From Kudoa neothunni (lineage: Eukaryota; Animalia; Cnidaria), in contig OZ199838.1 in assembly GCA_964304625.1 (NCBI GenBank), positions 13,413,945 through 13,477,944 on the forward strand: a stretch of DNA of 64,000 bases, read 5' to 3'. Positions 38,088 through 49,152 of the stretch are shown in pieces. Within the stretch, counting starts at the first letter, position 1; each line of letters opens with the position of its first letter. The translations under genes and the position numbers were made by a program. Below the pieces are notes generated by a model. That model saw nothing but the letters and a program-made list of their open reading frames with translations, had not been told where the DNA came from and made no database searches.

Positions 38088-39853
38088 TCAGACGGTACTG
38101 CTGTAATATTTGATAAGTTCGTCCACCAGTTCGGTGGGATCCAATTGGTCGAAGTAGTCAAACTAAGAGATAGCAAAAAAATGTTAGAAACAGATAGATC
38201 AAATTAAACCTGATCTATTTTTTCAATTCCTAGCGCTTGAAGATTCTAAGAAAACTATAAAAAAATATACCACCGAAAAACTAATACCATTTGTTTACGC
38301 AAATTGATCACACCTTCGATATATTCTTCGTATGTCCTAAAATAGGTGGATCCGTACATTATGTATCAGAAATCGTGTGTGTAACCTTATTGACGATAGA
38401 ATCCACAAGTTGTCTACCAAAATCCATCGAACTACAAAATCAATGAATATACATTAAATTATTACTACTACCACCAACGGTGAAAGTTAACAAAAAATAC
38501 CTATAAACATCTGTAGGATAGGGATGATCGATTAAGTGTTTTTCGTGTTTGACTGGTGGTGGGGTAAACTTTTCCAACGAAGGATTGACATCGTATGAGT
38601 TGTTTGATTCGGTAGTAGTAGAATCGGTTTATAACAGTGGCAAGAGGTTGTTTCATTTGATATTTTGCTGGCAGCAAACTATTCCATTAAAATAAACACA
38701 TTTGTTACATATATACACATGCATGTATATTCAGTGGATCTAATTGAAAAAGAAACCTACTCTCGCATATACAATTCAGCAAAAATGATGGCGCAAGACT
38801 CAGTAATGAGATCAGGCGGAAACATTTGACACAATGTTTTACCCAGAGAGGGTTCCAATTCCTAACCCCACACACATCACACAATTGTATAATCCAGTTG
38901 AACATGGATGTAAATTACTTGACCATCTCTAGCTATTTTCACTTCTTTATTTTCATTCCATGGATTGGATAGGTGGCTACAGTTTGAAAAAAATAGATCA
39001 CTCCTACAATAAACAAAAAATTGTCAACCACACCATCCATCAATCAACCAATCTACTTATTGATCCACATAATATTGAATGTATTCCTTAATTTTTTAGG
39101 ATCAATCGATGATGGTAAAACCCAAGGAATTATGTCATCGCGGGTTATAGAACGACTAATCAATCGGGCAATGCCAGAAAAACGACCACTTTCTTTCACC
39201 GAAAACAACAATATAACATTTCGATGTCTCTATTTGGTTGTTATGTGTTAAACTCTCTCACTCAAGCAAAAGTATTCACAATTAAAACCCACCTCAAACG
39301 CTGTATTCAATTTGTTCTCATTAGCAGATGGAGTAAGCCATACATTCTGAGCAAATATAACAATCACAAGTTAGTCCCATTCAAATAAATAACTATTACT
39401 CGATGTTTAGCAATCATAACATTTTCATAGTTGTTACTTTTGATTACAAAGTACCTTGTATCGTGATAAAAACAATCCAAGATATTTCGATCTAACAATA
39501 AATGAATAAATCAACTAAGAAACTAGAAATAAAATTCAATCAGGTTTTTGAAGAGTGGAATATTGATTGATTGTTCCAAATGAAAAGATCCATCATACCA
39601 TAAGGAAGGGTTGATGAATTGTTGATGTACACATTCCTTTCAAGGGTGTTAGTTGAGCTACGAAATACGGGTATAGAGGCATTCTACCAAACAGCATTAA
39701 TTTTTCATTTACGTATGATATTGAGAAAAACCTTACCTCATTATCGATCGTTTGAATACTTTGAGCCTGTGTTGGTGATTGTTCAGTACCATCAGCTATT
39801 TCGGAAACTACAACTATATTTAAAAATAAACCTAAAATCAATCCAATACCCAT
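38088..39853 (-). CDS. YTHDC1: YTH domain protein, YTHDC1-like m6A reader
   Basis: Spliced exons 39491-39400, 39346-39293, 39229-39057, 39003-38919 and from 38861 give [62 protein letters not shown]...IPWVLP...[34 protein letters not shown]. This is collinear with the YTHDC1 YTH domain. The start codon and last exons are tentative. Confidence 0.85.
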
Positions 39854-40057
39854 GTCACACAACTTGGTAACAAAAGTTCACCACTGTGGGTGCGTGCGAC
39901 TGAGGAATCCCATTTTCGAATTCTCGTTGTTAGGAATTTTCTCAATTAAGAAATATCCTAGATATTAATTCATAATTTTGGTCTTTGTCCGACAAAAATA
40001 AGAAATCTCTTATTAATTCATTTCTCATCGCACTGATATTTGTTAGCTGTCTAATTA

Positions 40058-40936
40058 CAATCGAGATTGGATATTGCGTAATTTAAGATTTTCACTATGA
40101 AAATAATTACACTGGAATTTTATTCTTATTCATTATTTCATTTAATGAATTATTAATACAAAAAAATTGAACAAACAATTTTTCTATATGTCCCTGACTG
40201 ACTTAGGATTGCGTAATTATATCTTCAAAGTGTGGAGGAAACAGCATGATATTTTTGACAAACCTTGAATAATACAGTATTAAAACTTTCTTAAAAAATA
40301 AAAGGTGCCAAAAATGACGGTTGAAAAATTGATACCTAATGGTATAGTTATTTTTATTCCACCTTAATATATGTCTTCAAGGACATTCAATGCTTGACAT
40401 AATTATTTCTCATGAAAACAAGCTGAAAAATTCAGATGTTGCAGAAAGTAGGAAGAGGCATTTAGATGAAAGATTCATCAACATATACGGAGATGTTTAT
40501 GATTGATTTACCTAGAAAAGACGAATGATCACATTATTTCTGGAGACGTAATTCTTGAAGTGGTTGTAATCAATGCGAAAAAGAAGTAACAAAACTTTAA
40601 AACAAGCAATGGATGATTAGGGCGCCGAAAAAAAAGCTTTGGAATCATTTCAAAGCATTGCTATGATGTAACTGCAAGCATTATTCTTGCAAATATTGAT
40701 TTGTGGATCTAAGAACATGGAAATTTTTTAAAACCCGTATAACTCAAGGAATATATCAAATATTAATGAAAACGTTTTGTTTTTTGAGTAATTACAAATC
40801 AACAATTATGTATTAAGGGTAGAAAATGATATAAGGGATAAATTATCATCAGGAAAAGATAAAGATTTTTGTATCGCGCTTTTAAGTCAAGAAAAATTGT
40901 CTTTTTTCATAATTAGATAACATCAAAATCTTAGGT
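40058..40936 (+). mobile_element. Truncated, degenerate copy of Tigger element 2
   Basis: TA followed by CAATCGAGATTGGATATTGCGT. Homologous to about 29963-29030 and has the same 40-nt intron (40342-40381). It is cut at 40937 by a Charlie-type hAT end, CAGGGATTGGCAACCTGCG. Confidence 0.8.
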
Positions 40937-41872
40937 CAGGGATTGGCAACCTGCGACTCCCCACGCTACGTGCAAAATATAAAATCAATATCAAAGGTTA
41001 AAACGCGAAGAAATTATATAATTCTTAGTCGCGGGACTCACTATTCATTATTAAGTTCAAACTTTTAATTATCGTTAGACATAAACAATTTTTGAATGGA
41101 ATTACAGTAAGATCTTGATGTAGAGAGGTTTTTTGGGAATAGCAATTTACCCCGCAATATCGAGGGTTTAGGCGTGCTCATTACTATATTTTTTTCATTT
41201 AGAAAATAGTCAATTTTTTGTAAACATCGTTCCAGGCCGCATAATTTTATATAGGACATCCATATAGAATGATTATGAAATGATGAAGGTGGATTTGCAA
41301 ATATAAATTATTACCCAATAGTATTTATGACTGTTTTAAGTCAGATATCGTAATTATTTGATTTACCTAATAAAGAACGGGATCATCGTTACATTTTGTT
41401 GATAATGGGCATTGGTATCAGGCTTACTATGCGTTTCTTCGTGTATAACTTTGACTTGCTTCGATCCAGCAACCTCATTCGCGTTGTTAATAGCAATATA
41501 TTAAAAATGCACCGATTGTATTACATAACATAAATTATTGCTCTCTCGGTACGACTAATATTTACTTTAAATTTGTCTCCATTTATGTTTAAAAATATCC
41601 CCTTAAATTAATCGCACTATTTCCGAATATCGGATATTTCTCGAGAAAATTTCAAAAGTTGAGGTTGAACACGTCACCATTTCCCACGTTACCTACAAAA
41701 TACGAAGACATGCCAAGATAACATTGTTATATCCGATATAGTGTGTGCATATAGCGGGCGCAGTTTTGTGTGGTTGATACTGATTGTTTATTTCGCATCA
41801 CTCATAACAAACATATTTGGAAATTTTCGTAGAATCATTGAAAAAATAAACTGACTAACGAATGATTTTCTA

Positions 41873-43045
41873 CAGTTAAACTTCGAATAAGTGATTCCCT
41901 CAAAATCTATTGACTTGGTTACACTAGTATTCTTTGGAAGAAAGCTCATTTCAATATAATTACATTGATTTATTAATTGAGGATGTGATTTACATTGATC
42001 AAGAATAAGAAAAACTTGTTTTCGTTAAACTGTCTATCAATGTTTTTAAGAATTTAAAAGAATAAAGCTGCTGACATCTAGTCATTTTTTTGGAATGGGT
42101 ATTTTACTGGGAAGTTATTGATACCACAAAAATAACGTGGCTTTTTCAATTTTCCTACAGCTTATAGAAGGAATTTGTTGCCGTTGAACGAAGCAATTAC
42201 CAAGAAAGTGACTCTTGTTTTCGAGAACTTCGTCGCTTTTAACCCGATTTCATTTTTTAATGGTATATGTTCATTGTCGTAACTGTAAGTAGATGAGAGA
42301 AGTCTCGTCCAAATTAATAATTTCTACGAGTTTTCGCCTTTAAAAATCTTCAGAAACCTTTTAGATCCATTCATATACGTTATTTGTGGCGGCAATTCCA
42401 ACCTCAACATGCATATATAATGTTTTCCAAACAGTAAATAATCTCGAAGTTTGAAAATAAACCTTTACTGAAATATACATCATTAATTTTTAGGCTCGTG
42501 GCTACTGTTTTCAGCTTATTTGTTGATTAGAAACCCAGAAATACTTTCTTTCTTCTCCGGCTGGGTCACAATCCAATTGTAAAGGCAGCTTTCTAGCTTG
42601 CTATATTTTCCATACTTGAATTCTTATGCAATCAATGAAAATACCCCATCGAGAGATGAAAAAACTATTTGAACTCAATATGAATCGGGCCATCTTAGCT
42701 ACTTGGCAAATTAAACTCTTAGTACTCATAGATTTTACTCGTTGTATTGATTAAATAGACTTGTAACATTGAATAATTTTTATTTCCTTCATTTATATTT
42801 GGTTGACACCTACCCATTTTGAGTTTTCTAGCGCATCAACAGGCGGATTAAGCGGGTTATTTCCTGAAAACAAAGCCGCGCAATAGCGAGACCTTCTATT
42901 CTTGATGATCCCAACTTTTTAAATGAAATTAATGGCTTATTTGAGACTTAATACAGTTTAAGATGTAGTTTTATCGAATTCCTTGAATTTTCAGAAATAA
43001 ATATTAGTGAAAAATGAGAAAGCACTCTATATCGAGACCTTACTG
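41873..43045 (-). mobile_element. Internally deleted pogo/Tigger element 3
   Basis: TA-flanked ends CAGTTAAACTTCGAATAAG / CTATATCGAGACCTTACTG. Minus-strand peptides GKYSKLESCLYNWI...ISGFLI, INLDETSLIY and KTRVTFLVIASFNG. Confidence 0.65.
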
Positions 43046-43360
43046 TAGATGGGTATTGAGGGAATGTATGGGATTTCGAAAATCACCACCTTGAACTAAT
43101 TTTTTTATTTTCAACTTACAAGCTAAATATAGAAAGAAAAGATTCGGCAAAAACAAATAACTTATAAATATTAAGAATTCCCCATGGGACATTGCCCAAC
43201 ACAGTTTTAATTATTAACGAGACACAATAACTCTAAATGTTTTCGAATTTTTCCACGTTTTTAAATTACAAATTAGTTTTTATCGCTAATTTGAATTTAT
43301 CATTAATAAAAAGGTTAATATTAAACTGTAACTCCTTAAAAATAAATTTTTCGAGTATTA

Positions 43361-44029
43361 CAGTAAGCAACCGATAATACGCACCAAAGATGCATATTCA
43401 AGCAATTTTATTTTGTATTTTCTTTATTTTTCAGCATGGGTATTACACCGTTTATTTAAATAGAATAACAAAAAAATATTATTAAGATTAATTGGCTGAA
43501 AAATAATGTACAATTTTTGTTTTATTCATAAAATATTTATGTCCTTTTACATTAGGATAAAATTTGGTGAATGGCCAGTTCTTAAAAATTATAAATACTA
43601 TTTTATTTCTTACTTATTTTTTGCGGAGTATGAAAAAAATTTCTTTATATTTTTACCTTAAAATCTTTATTTACGTGCAATTATAACATTCTTTAATTGT
43701 CAATTAACATTGTCTTGAAATAGAATTTATTCTATTTTCATTTTCACGAATATGATCATTTTTCGATAGATATCTCAAAAATTCAATTGTCAGAATTAAA
43801 ATTCCCCCCGTTCCCAATAAAAACAATTTAATCTACGTGGTTTTGCCGAAAAAGTGTGCATTACCGGTTAGTCTCGTGGTATAATAGATTGATAATTTCC
43901 TAGTTTAATTCACAAATATTTTTAAGACTTTTATCTTGTTACAATCAAAAAAATATTATAAAACGTTTCACCCAATATAAACTTTGGATCGTCGTATCGA
44001 TGAAAGTGCGTATTATCGGTTGCCTACTG
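43361..44029. mobile_element. pogo/Tc1-type MITE
   Basis: TA TSD and near-perfect TIRs CAGTA(A/G)GCAACCGATAATACGCAC, with an AT-rich non-coding body. Confidence 0.85.
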
Positions 44030-44686
44030 TACACACAATACATATTTATTTATATGCAAAACTTTTTTTGAACCATCAAATCAGGCCAAAGGAAGTGTTG
44101 ATAACTTTTCCAGTTTACAAATTTTATTGAGTAAATTTTTTACCAACAAAAGTAGTTATACACACATTTTCAATAAATGTTATCCCAACAAAATCTCTTT
44201 TATTATTAAATGATCTTTAGTTTTACTACACAGAAAGCCTCATATAAAATGTTGCAAAAATAATTAAATTGATGAAAATGCACTAGACGGTAAGCCGTTC
44301 TTACAATTTTAAAAGATTAAATTATATGGTTAAAATTTTCTTTTTGTTGACGATTATATTCATGAAGATTTATTTTTAATCGTAAACTTGTTGTATAGAG
44401 GTTAAAAATAGAATTCCTAATCTATCGGTATGGGGAAGTTTCGCCGAAAATGCGCGCGCGTTGTTCGGCACTGAGAAAAGATGCGCCGAAGTGAAGACAT
44501 TACCTACGAAATCATGGATAAAATTTACTTTAGGACCTTAGCGCGCGAATATATGTATCATATACGTAGGTATGTACGGAGAGAATCAAAAATTTATTTA
44601 TAACACATAATTTGTTAAACGTAAAAATTAGTTTTATTTGATTTATAGCTTATTTAAATACTTTTGGCTTTTCAAAACTTATTTTT

Positions 44687-45760
44687 GGCTAATGTGGAGT
44701 TTAGGCACGTAAACTCGCGCATACCAAATTGTAATCTTTCGCGCTCATGCTAAGGATTAAAACTAAATAATGGATGTGACTGTGCATTTGCCCGCAATTG
44801 AATCAGTTGATGTGAACAAGATCGAACCATTCTTCCTCGACTGTTTGAAGTTAAATAAAAAGTACAGCATCGAATTTCTGGCATTCATTGGACTTTTGAG
44901 AAAAACAAGTGTATGTTATAATAAGGAAATGCAGTTGATACGGCGCGAAAGATGCATTGACGGATATTCGTTCTATTGCAATAATTGTAGAAAGTATATT
45001 TCTGTCCGCAAAGACTCTTTTTTTGAAGGAGGTCATCTAAATCTTCCAACCATCCTAAAGATCATCTATTATTATTCCTTCGACGTCAGCAGTCAACGTT
45101 TTTATGAAGAAGTCATTCACATCAGTTCCAAAACTATTGTGGATTGGAAGAATTTTATTAGGGATATATATTCGAACCATGTAATTGAGAATTCCCAAAA
45201 GGTCGGTGGAGATGGAATTATCATTCAGATCGAAGAATCCAAACTTTGTAAAAGGAAGAATAACGTGGGTAGGATACTGGTTAATCAAGATCAATGGATT
45301 GTGGGAGGAATAGATGAAAACGGCGACGTTTTCATGACAATTACGACCAAGCGGGATCTGCTAACACTACACCAAATAATTCTTGAGAATGTGGAATGGG
45401 GATCAATAATATGGTCTGACTGCTGGAAAGATTACAGAGGTCTTGATACACATGGTTTTCTCCATGAAACTGTCAACCATAGCATAGAGTTCATCACTGA
45501 AACTGGTGTGCACACCAATAGAATCGAAGCTACGCGGGGAGCCTGCAAAAGAAAGTTTCGCCATATTACGAATAAATCCCCTGGGCTTATACCATCGTAT
45601 CTGTCGGAATATATATTCAAGAAAAAATTTCTTAATAAAGTATTTCAAGAAACATTAAACCAAATTAGTGTTATTTACACATTTTGAATATTATTGTTTG
45701 TTATTACGTGCGCTCCGAAGATTAGCGGGATTAGTTACGTGCCTAAACTCCACATTAGCC
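44687..45760 (+). mobile_element. Inner Merlin (IS1595-like) element
   Basis: Perfect 26-bp TIRs GGCTAATGTGGAGTTTAGGCACGTAA and a 9-bp TSD CTTATTTTT / CTCATTTTT. Confidence 0.9.
44770..45687 (+). CDS. Merlin/IS1595-family DDE transposase (open ORF, 305 aa)
   Basis: Zn ribbon (C...CNNC..SVRKDSFF), VGG.G.IIQIEESK..KRK...GR, W.VGGID, IWSDCW..Y, H.TVNHS.EF..ETGVHTN.IE and YL.EY motifs. Confidence 0.9.
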   Translation: MDVTVHLPAIESVDVNKIEPFFLDCLKLNKKYSIEFLAFIGLLRKTSVCYNKEMQLIRRERCIDGYSFYCNNCRKYISVRKDSFFEGGHLNLPTILKIIYYYSFDVSSQRFYEEVIHISSKTIVDWKNFIRDIYSNHVIENSQKVGGDGIIIQIEESKLCKRKNNVGRILVNQDQWIVGGIDENGDVFMTITTKRDLLTLHQIILENVEWGSIIWSDCWKDYRGLDTHGFLHETVNHSIEFITETGVHTNRIEATRGACKRKFRHITNKSPGLIPSYLSEYIFKKKFLNKVFQETLNQISVIYTF

Positions 45761-46154
45761 CTCATTTTTTAATACGAATTCGGATAGCTATGATTAAATT
45801 AAAAAGGGGCTTTTTGTCGCGAGTGGAGCTTATTGTCTGCTTACAAACACCCAAAATGCTCTCAGTTTTATTTGCTTTAACGCATTCAGTTGGAACAAAC
45901 TGAACTGATTGGTTGCAATTTCACGGAAATAGCCAGAAGCTTATCATGGTTTTCCACATGCGCGCACCAGGGTCCTAAAGTAAACATTAGCCCGAAATCC
46001 TTAAGACAAAGAGAGATAGAGAAATGATTTATTACAACAATTATTTTTATGTTACTGAATATAAGAATGCGAATTGTAAATATTGGAGATGCCAAATAAG
46101 GTCATGTAAGGGAAGGTTGAAGTCGTCCCCAACGAATGAAATTAAATCTATTAA

Positions 46155-47536
46155 CCGTCGAAGGACCGTGAGTCGAAAAATTCAGTATGTGACCATGGGG
46201 GTCATTTTTGAACCCACAATTATTTCCTTATTGTATTGTGCAATTGGCCCAAAAGTTATTCTTATAATTATTACTCACCACACCGCTGTATTAACCGATT
46301 AGAAGTCCGCTTTAAAGGGAATAAAGCTGAGAAAAATGTAATTAATTCTTCGATTAAATATTATAAACATCTACGTTAAAACGCTTGTTATTCTAGGTTT
46401 CAAATATATGTTTTATTGTATTTACATTGTTGAAAGTTTCCGGAGATAAACAAATGTGGTTCAATCAAATATAGAAAAGAAATGAACACGCGTGACCTTG
46501 CAAGGCATCAGACATGGTTTTCGGGATAAGTCGTTAATCACAAAATTGAAAGTAAGGTTAAGTACGGATCATAGTTGTAAATGTTTGAGCATGTCTATAC
46601 ATCCAAAATAAATAAATTAATTAAATATGAAAATTTAAAATAGATTTATTTAAGAATAAATCACATTAATTCCGGAGTTTCCTAGAGAGAAAGCAAGTTT
46701 TTGTCAAAGATAACATCACTCAGTTTCTAAACTACATGGCTGGCGTTAAGGAAAGTTTTTTTTGAATCTGTGCGACGAGAAAATAGGTCCCTTGTAGATA
46801 TAGCTCCGTATATTAGTTTTTTGATTAATATTTCGTTAACAAAATGCACATCGTGATTTTTTCCGTAGATCAATACATTCTGTGAATTAGGCGTTTCGAC
46901 AATATCAATACATTTATTAAATAGTTCTAAACTATATTTTAAATGCAAATGATAATGACCCCTGAAAGTCTGGCGAAAATATTTACCAATAAGTAACGGT
47001 GCTCCCCCCGAAGTTGATACACGTATACTGTAATTTAGTCCCAAATTATTGATATCATTATCAAAAGGCATTCCTAAATATAAATTTATTCTTAAATCAA
47101 TCATCTAAAATGAAATAATATACTTTGTTTATCCCTACCGTTTAAAATACATATGGCCGATAAATCTTAATTTAATCTTATGACGTCATCGTAATCCTTC
47201 GATAGGAAAAAGGAAAACATACAATTTGTACCATTATTGAACGTTTAATATATTTTAATTGCGATAATTTGTCGTTGTTTATTTTTGTCTATTAATAATT
47301 TTAATATGAAGTTATAGCATGAAGTCTGTGGACGTATGAAGAACACGTGTTCAATTATATAAGCATTTTTTCTGGGACAGATTCTAATATTTTTCAAAAA
47401 TTTGAGTTTATTTAGTATATTAATATATTTTCTAAGATTATGTGGATTTTATATTGAAGCCTATGAGGCCTTCATTCATAAAAATATGATTTATCAAAAA
47501 TGGGGTCACGATAGACCCCGCTTGGTCCCGGGAGGG
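46155..47536. mobile_element. Non-autonomous piggyBac-like element carrying non-transposase coding-like sequence
   Basis: TTAA at 46151-46154 and 47537-47540, ends CCGTCGAAGGACC / GGTCCCGGGAGGG, and subterminal GGGGTC...GACCCC palindromes. The host MULE frame continues across the site. Confidence 0.75.
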
Positions 47537-48208
47537 TTAAATAGTTGGGATTTCATGATCATATTATGAGCAATGAAGAGAAAAATAAAAAGTTCATGGA
47601 CTTTCGTATAAAAAACATAGCTGAAAACGCAGTATACCCTACAACTAAAATTTTTAGTGTAGCTCCAAATAATGAAAATGTGCTTGATATTCCAGATGTG
47701 CCAAAAAATACAATATATAAACGAATACGAAATATTCGTAAGCTTAAAAATATTGAAGCAATATCATTACACGATGTTTATGATAATTTAAAAACTATGC
47801 GAAACGAAAAATTTTGTCTGCACGATTCTGGTCCTGATGATAATAACAGATATATTATTTTTACACCGAGAGAAATCTAATTCATCTCAAACACTCTGAC
47901 TATTGGGTCGCTGATGGCACATTCTCTGTTGTCCAAAATGGATTCTTTCAGCTGTATACCATCCATGGCACAGTCTTTAATTAAATCTTCCCTCTTGTCT
48001 ATAAACTAATGTCAGACAAATTACAAAAAACCTAGACGAAAATACTTGAAATTCTCCAACAACTGGGCAACTTAGAGCTTTCCAAGAGTATAATCATAGA
48101 TTTTGAAATGGCCACCTATAACCCGTTTAAACGACAGTCACAAGGTTTTATCCATTTTTGTTTGTTTCATTTCGGACAATGTAATTACCGAAAAATTCAG
48201 TCACTTGG

Positions 48209-48337
48209 TGTAACACGGATTAACATTGTTAATCCATGTTATCAGAATAACATACATAGGCTGCCGTAAGGCGGCCTTAGCGTTCGGATAGTTTAGTTAT
48301 TGTCCTTTTGTTGAACGTGGACTTTCTTGGCGTTACA
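48209..48337 (+). repeat. 5' LTR (129 bp)
   Basis: TGTAACAC...GCGTTACA, identical to 52417-52545 by visual comparison. Confidence 0.95.
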
Positions 48338-48399
48338 TTTGGTGACAGGGGAACAAACGAACAAATAAAAACTGAATAACGTACATAATTGGTTCAATA

Positions 48400-49152
48400 A
48401 TGGATAACAACATCACTGTGAGCAAAATAACGGCTCAGAATTTCGAACGAGCTTGGGCTAGAGTTCTGGCAGTAGCTAGCCACCAGAAATGGGACGACAG
48501 TCGAATAATCACTTTTATTCCCACAGTCCTCGATGATTTTATGTTCGACGCATATCAAACTTTGGAGGAACGACAAAAGAAATCTCCCCAAACGCTGAAG
48601 GAAGCCTTGGCTAAAACCGCTGGCGTACTTCAAACGGAAAGCTCAACCACCGCACAAAGATTTCTGGAACGCCATCAAGGCGCGGATGAAAATGTTTCAA
48701 CGTACGCCATCGAACTAAAAAAACTTTTCTTGACTGCGTTCCCAGAGGACGATATTTCCAGCCCAGTGTTGCTACAGAAATTTGTATGTGGCCTGAGGGC
48801 TGACATCAAAAGCTTCTTAACAAAAATTGGAATTCCGCAAACTTTGGAGGAGGCAATTGGCGATGCAATGCGGATCGAGTTGACCGATGAGCGGACGGAA
48901 CTATCCCTTAATGCGTTGGCATCCAAAGGAGATAACACCCACTCCAAACTACACGATGAAATTCAATCATTAACCAAAATGGTCAATGAACTCGGAATGG
49001 AACTGAAACATCTAAAAGGCTGGAACAACCGAGACAAACCAAGGAACGGAAATTGCTTTACGTGTAGGAAACGTGGCCACTGGAAACAAGAGTGTCCTTT
49101 AAACGTGAAAAGGTTGCGAGGGCAGGCAAGAAACTCGCAACCTCATTACTAA
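48400..49152 (+). CDS. gag: Gag polyprotein
   Basis: Capsid-like motifs QGADENVSTYAIELKKL and KFVCGL, plus a CCHC knuckle CFTCRKRGHWKQEC. Confidence 0.93.
   Translation: MDNNITVSKITAQNFERAWARVLAVASHQKWDDSRIITFIPTVLDDFMFDAYQTLEERQKKSPQTLKEALAKTAGVLQTESSTTAQRFLERHQGADENVSTYAIELKKLFLTAFPEDDISSPVLLQKFVCGLRADIKSFLTKIGIPQTLEEAIGDAMRIELTDERTELSLNALASKGDNTHSKLHDEIQSLTKMVNELGMELKHLKGWNNRDKPRNGNCFTCRKRGHWKQECPLNVKRLRGQARNSQPHY

Larger units (their letters stand above)
44516..45992. mobile_element. Outer non-autonomous Merlin element
   Basis: TIRs GGATAAAATTTACTTTAGGACC / GGTCCTAAAGTAAACATTAGCC and a 9-bp TSD CGAAATCAT (44507-44515) / CGAAATCCT (45993-46001). Confidence 0.75.

Noticed and set aside
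44428-44504. Tiny Merlin-like MITE (GGTATGG...CATTACC)
   Set aside because: The inverted ends are weak and there is no convincing TSD.
48209-48337. Hammerhead or pistol ribozyme in the LTR
   Set aside because: Only CTGATAA on the minus strand and a loose GCCTTAGCG resemblance are present. The required core motifs and stem arrangement are absent.
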